64,000 nucleotides of DNA from NCBI GenBank assembly GCA_047495785.1, contig JBLDXI010000011.1, positions 496,001 to 560,000 on the forward strand. The letters are read 5' to 3'. Below, in pieces: positions 36,847 through 46,977 of the stretch. The position numbers and the translations under genes are program-made. Each line of letters starts with the position of its first letter. Within the stretch, counting starts at the first letter, position 1. This DNA is from Lepidodermella squamata. Its lineage: Eukaryota; Animalia; Gastrotricha. Under the pieces are notes generated by a model. The model was not told the origin of the DNA. It saw only the letters and a list, made by a program, of their open reading frames with translations, and made no database searches.

Positions 36847-38673
36847 ATGGCACAACAATTGTCGCTAGGCGAAGCTAAAATCGCGCAAATTCGAACTCGT
36901 TGGAACGCCGGCTCTTTCTGCGATCAAAGAGGCACTTCACTGCCTGATAGGCAAAAGGTTGTTCTGCCCATATCAGGCCAGCGCAACAAACTGATAACAA
37001 GCGCCCTGCCCTATGTCAACAACGTGCCGCATCTTGGCAACATCATCGGCTGCGTGCTGAGTGCTGATATTTACGCACGGTTTTGCCGCCTACGTCGCTA
37101 CAATACGCTGTTCATATGCGGAAGCGACGAGTACGGCACGGCCACGGAGACGAAAGCGATCGAAGAGGGCACAACGCCGCGGCTGCTTTGTGACAAGTAC
37201 CACGAGATTCACCGCACTGTCTACGATTGGTTTCAAATCAGCTTTGATCACTTCGGCCGAACTTCGACTCCACAGCAAACCGAGATTACCCAGGATATTT
37301 TCTGGCGACTCCACAATGCTGGCTTGATAACAAGCTCGTCGGTCGAGCAGTTGTTTTGCGACCACTGTGACCGCTTCTTGGCGGATCGCTTCGTCGAGGG
37401 TACGTGCCCAAAGTGTCGCTATTCGAATGCGAGGGGCGACCAGTGCGACAAGTGCGGTTCGCTAATCAACGCTGTTGAACTTGAGAAGCCGGTCTGTAAA
37501 ATCTGCGGGGATGAGCCGAAAATCGCTAGTTCCGAGCATCTTTTCCTTGATCTAGCCTCACTCGAACCTAAGGTGCGTGACTTCGCTGAGCGGTCAATGT
37601 CAAACGGCGATTGGACTGACAACGCTAGGGCTGTAACTCGGGCATGGCTGAAAGATGGCATAAAGCCACGCTGCATCACTCGTGACTTGAAGTGGGGGAC
37701 CCCGTGCCCGTTGCAAGGCTTCGAAAGTAAGGTTTTCTACGTATGGTTCGACGCTCCGATCGGGTACATTTCGATTACGGCTCAATACACCAGCGAATGG
37801 AAGCAGTGGTGGAAGAACCCAGCCGGGGTTCAACTCTACAATTTCATGGCAAAGGACAACATTCCGTTTCATAGTATCATCTTCCCGGCCAGTTTGATTG
37901 GCGCTGAGGACAATTACACGCTTGTTAACCATCTGGTCGCGACTGAGTACCTGAATTACGAAGGCGGCAAGTTTTCGAAAAGTCGTGGCCTCGGCGTGTT
38001 CGGTAGCGATGCTCAAACCTCAGGGATCGCGAGTGACTACTGGCGATTTTACCTTGTCATGATCAGACCCGAAACGGCGGATTCAGCTTTTAAATGGGCC
38101 GATTTCGCAGCTCGAGTCAATAACGATCTCTTGGCAAATTTCGGAAACTTTGTCAACCGATCACTGAGTCTTTGCTTCAAAAACTTCTCTGGCAATTTGC
38201 CGGCAGTTGGCAATCTTACAGAAGATGACTGTATCTTTCTGAACAACGTTGAACTTGAAATGACAGCCTATCAAGCGATTCTGGACAAAGTCTTGCTCCG
38301 AGACGGTCTGCTTTCGGTTCTAGCCATCTCGAGACTTGGCAACCAGTATTTGCAAGCGAACGAGCCATGGAAGTTGTTGAAGACTGACATTGATCGGGCG
38401 GGAAGTGTCGTGGCTATCGCAGTTCATGTCGTCGCAATTTTGTCTACCTTGATTGAACCCTACATGCCAGAGACTGCCGGTAAAATACGGCAACAACTGG
38501 GCATAGCGATCGATTCGACGACTGGGCTATCTTTAGAGGCCGATTCTCCTGCTTTCGAACCGATACTACCAAAAGGGCACAAAATAAATGAACCCGTTCC
38601 GCTATTCACGCGTATCGAAGAGGAGCAGTGGAAAACTCTGGCTGAGAGGTTTGGCGGCTCTCTTCAAGAGTGA
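36847..38673 (+). CDS. MARS1: Cytoplasmic-type methionyl-tRNA synthetase, intronless, 608 aa, core only
   Basis: [18 protein letters not shown] (HIGH motif), DEYGTATE, two Zn knuckles, YVWFDA, KFSKS and the anticodon-binding domain. Confidence 0.96.
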   Translation: MAQQLSLGEAKIAQIRTRWNAGSFCDQRGTSLPDRQKVVLPISGQRNKLITSALPYVNNVPHLGNIIGCVLSADIYARFCRLRRYNTLFICGSDEYGTATETKAIEEGTTPRLLCDKYHEIHRTVYDWFQISFDHFGRTSTPQQTEITQDIFWRLHNAGLITSSSVEQLFCDHCDRFLADRFVEGTCPKCRYSNARGDQCDKCGSLINAVELEKPVCKICGDEPKIASSEHLFLDLASLEPKVRDFAERSMSNGDWTDNARAVTRAWLKDGIKPRCITRDLKWGTPCPLQGFESKVFYVWFDAPIGYISITAQYTSEWKQWWKNPAGVQLYNFMAKDNIPFHSIIFPASLIGAEDNYTLVNHLVATEYLNYEGGKFSKSRGLGVFGSDAQTSGIASDYWRFYLVMIRPETADSAFKWADFAARVNNDLLANFGNFVNRSLSLCFKNFSGNLPAVGNLTEDDCIFLNNVELEMTAYQAILDKVLLRDGLLSVLAISRLGNQYLQANEPWKLLKTDIDRAGSVVAIAVHVVAILSTLIEPYMPETAGKIRQQLGIAIDSTTGLSLEADSPAFEPILPKGHKINEPVPLFTRIEEEQWKTLAERFGGSLQE

Positions 38674-38764
38674 AATCTACTTCAACTCCAGAAAAGATCC
38701 AGTAAAATTTGCTTTTGAATGATTGCTTTTGTTTTTTTCGGTAGACTTAATAACTTGTGTTAAA

Positions 38765-39991
38765 ATGGATCGTGTCATGAGGGAAACTGGTGGGCAAGCG
38801 TCGTTTGTATTCACCTCCGAATCTGTGGGCGAAGGCCATCCGGATAAACTGTGCGATCAGATAAGCGACGCTGTAGTCGATGCATTCCTAGCCGTGGATG
38901 CCGATGCCAAAGTTGCCTGCGAATGCGCTGTCAAGTCCGATGAGGTCTACGTCTTCGGCGAGTTTATCTCAACCGCCGCTGATCGCGTCAACATCGACAC
39001 TGTGGTGCGTGACGTGATTCGAGGCGTTGGCTACAGCGATGCTGAAACTGGCATCGACCCAGAAACGTGCCAAGTTCGCGTGAAACTCGAGGGGCAAAGC
39101 CCTGAAATCGCCTCAGCTGTTCACATTGACAAATCAGTTGAAACAACTGGCGCCGGTGATCAGGGTATGATGTTTGGCTATGCTACCGACGAAACGCCTG
39201 AATTGATGCCGCTCTCCCTTGTTTTGGCTCATAAGCTCAACAAACGAATGGCGGAACTGCGCCGAAGCGGGGAATTACCCTGGGCGATGCCTGATTCGAA
39301 AAGCCAGGTCACGGTCGAATACCGCTGGGAGGGCGGAACCGTGGTTCCAGTGGCTGTCACTGCTGTTGTAATTTCGATCCAACACAAAGCTACGGTCACG
39401 CTCGACCAGTTGCGCCGGGATTTGTTGCAGCATGTTGTCATTCCAGTCATTCCAGAGAAGCTGCTCAGCGATCGAACCGAGATGATCCTGAACCCTAGCG
39501 GTTCGTTCATCGTTGGCGGGCCGAAGGGCGATGCGGGTCTAACGGGCAGGAAGATAATAGTCGATACGTATGGGGGTTGGGGCGCTCATGGCGGCGGCGC
39601 CTTTTCGGGAAAGGATCCGACCAAAGTCGACCGATCTGGGGCCTACGCGGCGCGTTGGGCTGCGAAATCGCTCGTCGCTGCCGGGCTATGTCGCCGGTGT
39701 CTGGTTCAGGTGTCCTATGCAATTGGCCGCTGTGAGCCGGTGAGTATAACAGTTTTCGATTACGGCTCAGCGAAGGGTGACCTGACGGCTGATGATTTGC
39801 AAAGTGTTATTGCCCGCAATTTTGACCTTCGCCCCGGTTGTATCATTCGGGACCTGGATCTGAAGCGTCCCATCTACCGGCGAACGGCTTGCTACGGCCA
39901 TATTGGGCGCGATGAAGCTGAATTCACGTGGGAGCGTGTAAAAGAACTCGAGCTAACTGATGCAATCCGCAAAAAGTTGGGCAAGCAATAG
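38765..39991 (+). CDS. MAT: S-adenosylmethionine synthetase, eukaryotic type, intronless, 408 aa
   Basis: [28 protein letters not shown] and [18 protein letters not shown] signature motifs. Confidence 0.97.
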   Translation: MDRVMRETGGQASFVFTSESVGEGHPDKLCDQISDAVVDAFLAVDADAKVACECAVKSDEVYVFGEFISTAADRVNIDTVVRDVIRGVGYSDAETGIDPETCQVRVKLEGQSPEIASAVHIDKSVETTGAGDQGMMFGYATDETPELMPLSLVLAHKLNKRMAELRRSGELPWAMPDSKSQVTVEYRWEGGTVVPVAVTAVVISIQHKATVTLDQLRRDLLQHVVIPVIPEKLLSDRTEMILNPSGSFIVGGPKGDAGLTGRKIIVDTYGGWGAHGGGAFSGKDPTKVDRSGAYAARWAAKSLVAAGLCRRCLVQVSYAIGRCEPVSITVFDYGSAKGDLTADDLQSVIARNFDLRPGCIIRDLDLKRPIYRRTACYGHIGRDEAEFTWERVKELELTDAIRKKLGKQ

Positions 39992-40204
39992 CAATGTTTG
40001 GCTGCTCATTCATATGTTTGAGCTCATATCTATGACTGATAAGGCGCTTGCTATGAGCAAGATAATATTCTTTGATTTTTTCGAATATAAACTGTTGATG
40101 AGATTAAGCATAATCAGTTTTCCTCCAACGCTTGGTTTAATGACCGTAAACCGTTTTTAGCATTAAGTTAAAATATAGTTGTAGTTAAAATGGGCAGTTG
40201 GTCT

Positions 40205-41393
40205 TCATTCCAGCATTTTGTGAAATAAAACACCATCGACAATACCAGAACAAGTTACGACAAAGAATCCTGCAACTGAGTCCATTATATCGGCGATGGA
40301 AAAGTAAATTGAGAACACCTCCATGACAGCGTGTTGTGATAATCGCTCCTTCGCCAAACGGAGGGTTACCAGGGTGTACAAAGTTACAACCGCTCCGATA
40401 ACAATTTTCGTTTCTATCAAAATAGCCAGATAAACAGGGTCTGGCGACTGAGGAATCCCTTCGAAAATCATGCCGAGAATGACGAAATACGCAAGTAGAA
40501 TTGTGATGTTGTAAACAGGCCGATCAGGCAGTCGCGCTGGCATTATCAGGCCTAGAATTTGAAGAAAAGCCGGAATGTAACACGGAACGATGACTTGCTG
40601 GATGATGAAACCCGGCTTGCGTTTGAATGATAACTGAATCGAGACATTATCATCTTCATGCAATAGGCTATGACGTTGGTAAGTCCATACATTGCCGACA
40701 TCGCTACCCTGCCGAAAGGCGGCAGCTATTGATACCCCTACTAAATCAACATGAGACTTTTGTTCGAGGCGAATTGCGCATTCGAAGCCATCGAATGGGA
40801 ATTTTGATATTAGCGAATTTTCAGCGCAGAAAGATTCCAACTTGAGTGCACTGCTCCATCTAGAAGAACCATTGAACATGTAGATATCAACAGCAGATTC
40901 ACCAATCGACCTAATCAATCAAAAACATTCAATTTTTCCGGAGAGAGGTGTGCTTACTCCATAACGGCCCCGGGGGATGAGACTGAATTTCTGTGATATA
41001 CTGTTGGTTTCCACACTTCGTCCAGCGATGCACTCATAGCAAATTGCTTGCGGCTCAGATATTCGCAGTTGCTGGTGATGTTTACGACCGCGAGCTTCTT
41101 GCAAAAAGCCTTCAAATCGCACGGCCATGACCACCGGGCCGTTATTTCACCGTGGACGGACATAAGCCGGTCGGTGTCGCGAATATCTACGGGCGATCTC
41201 AAGTAAATGTATAGTTTAATAGGAAGCGTTTTCCTTTCCGCCAGTTAGGATGTAATGATTTGGCAGCCACTTGTAGAACGCCAGGGGGCACGACACACGA
41301 AACAAATCGTGGATAGCCGAGAGATCATGGAATCGCTCAAGCGCGTTAGCTTGGAATACAAGAAATAGCAAATTTGTTGCCACTAAGAGCATA
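40205..41393 (-). CDS. Divergent Cys-loop ligand-gated ion channel subunit (possibly a pseudogene)
   Basis: Signal peptide, VWKPTV, C..FPFD..C loop, FKRKPGF pre-M1 and four TM segments. Intron near 40912-40954; a frame change near 41235-41272 requires either a weak 37-nt intron or a frameshift. Confidence 0.7.
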
Positions 41394-41549
41394 TCTCCGA
41401 ATTAATTTGTTTGGGGTGATTTAATTCGATACATGTTTTTTGTCACGAAATCAGTAGAGAAGCTAACACATGGAGGCCTTTTTGATACAATTCTGTTGGC
41501 TTAGACTTGAGTTTTCATATCCGGAAGAACTCAATGCTTGAATTGAACG

Positions 41550-41900
41550 GGAAGCGAGTAGTCGAGTGGTCACAGCGTCTCACTGGCTGCGAAGAGGCAC
41601 GGGTTCAATCCCCAGAACCGCACAACGTCAATCTTGCGTCTCCGCACAACGTCTGCATTCTTCTGCGGTTCCGGGACCGTAAATCAAGCTGCCATGAAGA
41701 GCCATGCGGCCAACTGGAGCCAAGGATTTAATCCTCGAGTGTGAAAGGTGAAAGCTGCTGGTAATTCCCGCCAAGCAGTTCCTCCGAGACCGCGGCTCCC
41801 TTCCTCCCGGTGTAGGAAGCCATTCACCGGCAATCAAGAGATGGCTACTCAGTGCGAAAGCCTGGGGACCATGGATCGATCAGCAATAATCGGCTCATGT
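41550..41900 (+). mobile_element. tRNA-derived SINE-like element
   Basis: Pol III A-box TAGTCGAGTGG (41559-41569) and B-box GGTTCAATCC (41602-41611), followed by a GC-richer non-coding body; 3' end uncertain. Confidence 0.6.
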
Positions 41901-42421
41901 ATAGATGACTCTTAGGCCTCATATATGTGATGACATGTGATCCAAGTGCTAAATGTCGAAAGGCGAATTGCGCAATAAAGTATGAGAGTATGAGAATTCT
42001 ACTATCCTACAGAGTGGTATTGACGATTGACGAGAATAGGCTAACTGATGAATAAAACCTGCATCCGCTCGGTGGTGGAATTTTCAGCCTGGAACTTCAG
42101 ATTTTCCGGATCAAGTCAAAATAAAAATAAAAATCCAGAATCTATATCTTATCAATTATCAAGCTGTTTAATAGCTGAGTTTTGTAGCTCTGCTTCGTAA
42201 TAACAAGTTTTGAAAAGCCTTTTGAATTGTAGAAGGGAAAACCTTTTTACAGTCAGAAGAGCTAAACGGCAGTGGAATTACAAGATTGGAACTTCAGAAA
42301 AATGCCTGTTTAGTTGCTCTCATTTCTCTGTCTATATAGTCAGCCAAGAAACTGTTAACCTAATGGCTAAATACGACACATTTTTAAATTTATCGCAATT
42401 TAAACATTAGTGCTCTCGCAG

Positions 42422-42810
42422 GAATCTTCGCAGCCAACTTTCCCGACGTTCGCTGCTTGCTGTAATGCTGCAAAACAAAGTTTTAATATCATTTACGAGA
42501 TGCTTCCCGACACTCTTTCTGTATTGGCTTGCATTGGAACAGTCCACTGGTATTCCCAATAATACCCCAGGGGATCAGTGGCATTTTGCTTCCACTTTAC
42601 ATATACCGCAACTCTATCGAATTTTGTTCGTCGACATCAGCGGGTAACGTTCTAAATAAGCTGTTTTCTTCATTCTTTCTTTTTTCGCTTCTAAACAACC
42701 ACAACCTATTCTATTCATGCTAAAATTGTCCAAGAGTGGTGTATGCTTCTATCGAAGAAAACTGTGACATTCAAAAAACTGGGCATTGTTTATGGCGTTG
42801 CTGAATTGTC
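42422..42810 (+). pseudogene. Degenerate fourth member of the secreted Cys-rich family (exon 3 and 4 homologues)
   Basis: TFPTFAACCNAAKQSFNIIYEMLPDTLSVLACIG aligns with exon 3 TFNSFTECCNAAKGANSLLYEIAPGSPPVLTCIG; 42731-42805 is similar in DNA to 33103-33180. Confidence 0.65.
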
Positions 42811-43128
42811 TTTACCTTGATTTTACCTTGATTTATGGCAAATTTTGAAGTCATCTAGACTCCTGGCCGGAAATACGGAACTAATTTCCTAATTGCCCTA
42901 ATTTGGATACTGTTAAATTCTTCTCGGCAAGTTAAGTGGGGAAATCGCTTTTGTTGCTTTTCCTGAGCGCTTCCGCGATGCATAATACTCGAGAAGCCAC
43001 ATGAGCCCCTCGCCCGTATTTAGAATTATTTTCTCGTGACACGTTCTGAAAATTCCTGAAACAGATTGGCTACTAGCTAAACAATGCAAATTTCTTGAGT
43101 TGCGGGCAAAAAAACGCGTGATGAAATC

Positions 43129-43289
43129 GCGCCAGGCCTTAATTATTCGATTAAACAAGTTTCATTTTGCTTCGATTCGTTACCAGAAAGGTCTGTCCCA
43201 GACCGGCATCATGCTCGATGAACAACGGGGTAAAGTAGTGTTCATCGTTGTTCATCAACTTGTTTAATCGAATAATTAAGGCCTGGCGC
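43129..43289. repeat. Perfect 33-bp inverted repeat with an internal secondary hairpin
   Basis: gcgccaggccttaattattcgattaaacaagtt (43129-43161) and its reverse complement (43257-43289). Confidence 0.85.
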
Positions 43290-43780
43290 TACGCGAACGA
43301 TCAGCTCGTCCAATTACAGTCATCAGCCTCGATTCTTGGGCCTCGATTCGAGTGAATTTAGTTTATGGCGTACTGCAACTTTGAAAGAAAAACCTATAAT
43401 TCGAGCGTTTCTTATTTCCCGAGAAACCACTCCCCGCGGGGAATAGAGAGCACACCTTCTATTCCTACTAAATTGATGATTGGAGTAATTCCAATTATTT
43501 CCTTTGAATTGTTTCTGTTATCTCGATTCGCAAACTTCTAATGTAATAAAGAAACCTTATCAGAGGGCGTGGTCTCGTAAATCGTTGCTAACAGAGAACA
43601 GAGGAATTTCCATCGAAAAGTTTGTCAATTACCGATATCTAGGCGAAGCGCGACGGCGGGTTGACGTTATGGCGTGCCGAGGAGTTTCCGTGGAACTGCC
43701 CGTATTAAAGCAGCCGCCGTTATAAACTAAGCCGGAAACATCGCATTTTTATTTTATCGCGCAACTGTTATTACAATAAG

Positions 43781-44741
43781 ATGTCTCAGTATTTCGTCTT
43801 TGCGCTTCTAGCTTTTGCTACGATTTTCCAAGAGTCTGAATCGTTGAAATGCTACGTTGCCTCATCGCTCACGCCTGAGCTGCCGGCTAACGCTCAACAA
43901 GTCGAACGTAATGGTGCAAATTTATATTGCAAGGTTTGCTTGAGCATTTAGCTTAACCAGCTTCGAAATTATCTATTCCAGAAACGATACACCGGCGCAA
44001 ATGGAATACAAGTAAGATTCCTATTACTTAGAACTTGGAGTAAAAGCTGAAATTAACTAGCCTTTAGTCCATTGCGGACAAAAATTGCAGCTATTTATAT
44101 GTTTTCATTGTTTGGAAGGGCATGTATCAGTGGGACTTTGACACGTTGAACGTATACCAAGAAGAAAATTTGGACGTGACTTACTTGAGCGATCGAGCTA
44201 TTCGTTTTAAAGAATGCTCATGCAAAACAGACCTCTGCACCGGCAAGGAAATGGATTCGACTTGCGCCGTCAAAAGCCTTAGCAAAGAATGCTGGGCTAT
44301 GCCGGTTAACGGGAACAGCAAAGTTTTCGACCCATTAACAGCGGTCAAAATTCAATGCAGCAGCAATCAACATTGCGCGGTTAGCTATTTCCAGAGTAAC
44401 AAAATTTATGATGAATGATGAATTCATCCTATTTTTTACAGAAAGTGACTTATTGGTCTGGTCCAGCAGCAGTAGGCTACTTGCACGGCTGCATTGATTC
44501 GACATCTGTGAATGCTTGCGGTCGGACATTTTTTAAAAACGTTACTTCCGGCTCGCAAACTGTCGATTACAAAATTTGCACGTGTTGCGGGGAGACGTGC
44601 AACGGCGCCGATTTCGACTCGATGGGACCCGACCAAGAGCTATGCAAAGGCACTAGCGGCGGCTCAGGTGCTGTTTCGCTTCGCCACGCCAACTTGGCAG
44701 GCCTTATCATCGCAACATTCGCTGTTTTATTCGCTTTTTGA
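43781..44741 (+). CDS. Two-domain Ly6/uPAR (three-finger)-like, probably GPI-anchored protein; exons about 43781-43933, 43982-44011, 44119-44379, 44442-44741
   Basis: Signal peptide followed by LKCY; domain ends CSCKTDLCT and CTCCGETCN; hydrophobic C-terminal tail; TATAAA near 43721. Confidence 0.75.
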
Positions 44742-44912
44742 GAACATTGTTTGATTGATGCAATGTGATACAAACCTCACTAACTTTGATTCGTGATTTT
44801 ACTGTTGAAATCGAAACTAAATTGGATAAAATCTTCGATTTGGCAAAGAAGCTTCAAACCCAATGATCCTTTTCAAAGTTTTATTTAAAAATCAAATGAA
44901 ATCAAAATGAAG

Positions 44913-46136
44913 CTATTCTTCGGCTTTTCTGACTCCCTGATTATCTTTGATAATGTTAGGATACATTGCATAGTTCGCAATTCCACAGATATTGATCCCT
45001 CGCCGAACTCGAATGAAACCATTCTCGCCCCACCAAGTTCCCCAGCTATTCACAAGGGTCCAGTACGGGATTTGAACCTGCTCCTCGTTATCACCCTCAA
45101 CAGTTTCGATTCCATAACCAACCAGCAGTAAGGCATGATTCAAATTCATATTGTTGCAATTATCAGCATCGGAGAAAATCCCCGATTTATAGAAAATAAA
45201 CGAACGTTGGCTTGCATCGATCGCAACTACAACCGGTCCGGATTTTAACGCCTCCATCATTTCGTCCTCATTGCCACTCGCTAGTTGGACGTAGGTCATT
45301 ATCCGGCCGTACCGTGAATTCGGGTTATTCTGAAACCGGCAGATCATTGAAGAAAGGCCCATGTAAGGGTATTGGCCCTCGCTGTTAAGGCCTCCGCTAG
45401 AAATCACGTATTCCAACGCAGCGGCTGTTGAGCCACCCTGGCAACCTCCATTTCCGAACGACCAGGAGCAATCTAGGAGATTTTGCGGGGATAATGGGAC
45501 GAAATTCTCGCCGGTTGAAATGTGGAGGCGACTTTCGATAGCTCCAACTGTTGCGAAGGCCCAACTAGCCGAGCAATGTTGGCCCTGATCTCGGACACTG
45601 CCGATAGCTCCGTAGAACCTCCAGTCTAAGAAAGCCGTGATATTCGGTTCCAATAACGGACTCGCTTCATGCATTTTGATGTCGTACAACGCTTTGAAAC
45701 CTCGTTGAAACTAAGAAGACAAAATCAAACTATTCTCCGTGACGTTCTATCAGGCTTACCAGAACAGTTTTCGATTCTAGGCGAAAATATACGCCAGGTT
45801 TAAAGCCGAAGCGCGTTGCCATAATTTCAGACGGGTGCATGTCTCCGAATTTGTTCAACGCGAGTTTGTACAGGTTACTCAGCATGCTTCGATTGCTGTT
45901 GTGGTTGTTTATGAAGTTGAGATTCAACCGAAATTCATCGTACTTTCGCGCCTCGCTCGCTGCTATATGCATCTTTCGGTTGGCCTTTTTCCATTCCTGG
46001 TAATCTACGTCTCGCTTGAATTCCTCTGAAAAGAAATCGGAATATTGAAGAAATATTTGAGTGGGGAATCTTTACCTTCAAGAAACGCATGGGATGCAGC
46101 GAAAATCACGAAAAATAGCTGCAGCGACTTGATCAT
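44913..46136 (-). CDS. Cathepsin L-like papain-family protein with the catalytic Cys replaced by Ser
   Basis: Signal peptide; propeptide with LNKFGD; mature-domain motifs LDWR, QGQHCSASWAF, GCQGG, NHALLLVGYG and NSWG. Confidence 0.9.
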
Positions 46137-46427
46137 TTTTTGTTGTTTTTGTTTAGGAAACAGCGGCGTCGCAAAATGCGAGAAAAACAAACGAGCTCAT
46201 GTTTACACAAGTTGTTTATCGTATACGTTGTTGTTTTGCGAGCGCGTCATCTAAAAAATGAGCCCTGATGGCTATAAATATACGCAAAAATAACTAATGC
46301 GGATATTTACCAAATGAACAGGAAATATATGCATTAAATCAAGGCATCCAATAATTCAATTACAGCCAATGCAGCGTGACGAGAGGATGAGGATGGGAAA
46401 ATCAGGGAAAATTCGAATAAGAATAAG

Positions 46428-46724
46428 ATGCTTGCCAAAATTTTGAATAGCGATAGGAATTTTTTCGCGACCTTGGCTGTTTTAGTCTTTTTCGCAGTGC
46501 TTTTCAACATTTCACTGTATTGCTTCCTGGCTAATCGTGAGCAATTCGGCAAATTTTTTGCGCTCGATGGAGAAACCAAAGCCGGCAGAATTCTTCAAGC
46601 TAGACAGCAGCGGTTACTGGCTGAATGCTATCGAAAATACGGAACAACAGCAGCAAAGGCCTTGCCCATTGTAAAAATAGTCTGCTTGGCCGAAGTTTCA
46701 TCGCTAGATGAGAAAACTACATAA
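46428..46724 (+). CDS. Short type II membrane ORF, possibly the truncated N-terminus of a Golgi transferase
   Basis: ATG start, one N-terminal TM helix and a stem ending RQQRLLAEC; no catalytic domain follows. Confidence 0.3.
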   Translation: MLAKILNSDRNFFATLAVLVFFAVLFNISLYCFLANREQFGKFFALDGETKAGRILQARQQRLLAECYRKYGTTAAKALPIVKIVCLAEVSSLDEKTT

Positions 46725-46977
46725 AATCGTTATTCCCTTCTGTTTGCAATTCTAAAATTATTCTAAAACATATTGAATAAACAGCATTATTTGAATTTCT
46801 CTCCCGATAACGATTTCCCAACGCTTGAAAGTTGAAAACCTATGTGAATAATCGATTTTAAAAATCCCGATTTTCCCGATAGCTGCAGTCGTTATGAAGC
46901 TTCTAGTTTCAATCAATCCCGTAATTTTATTTCTTCGATTAAGCTGCCCATAACCAAAACATTTGTCATCGAACTGT

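Noticed and set aside
38640-38765. Cis-spliced MetRS-MAT fusion protein
   Set aside because: The acceptor at 38744 needs a phase-1 donor, but the GT sites I found in the last MetRS codons are phase 2. It cannot be fully excluded without RNA data.
36847-39991. Bacterial origin or contamination of the MetRS-MAT pair
   Set aside because: Both sequences are eukaryotic cytosolic type ([13 protein letters not shown]; [12 protein letters not shown]) and contiguous with spliced genes.
41550-41625. Functional tRNA gene
   Set aside because: A and B boxes are present, but I could not build a convincing cloverleaf and there is no T-run terminator; a SINE head fits better.
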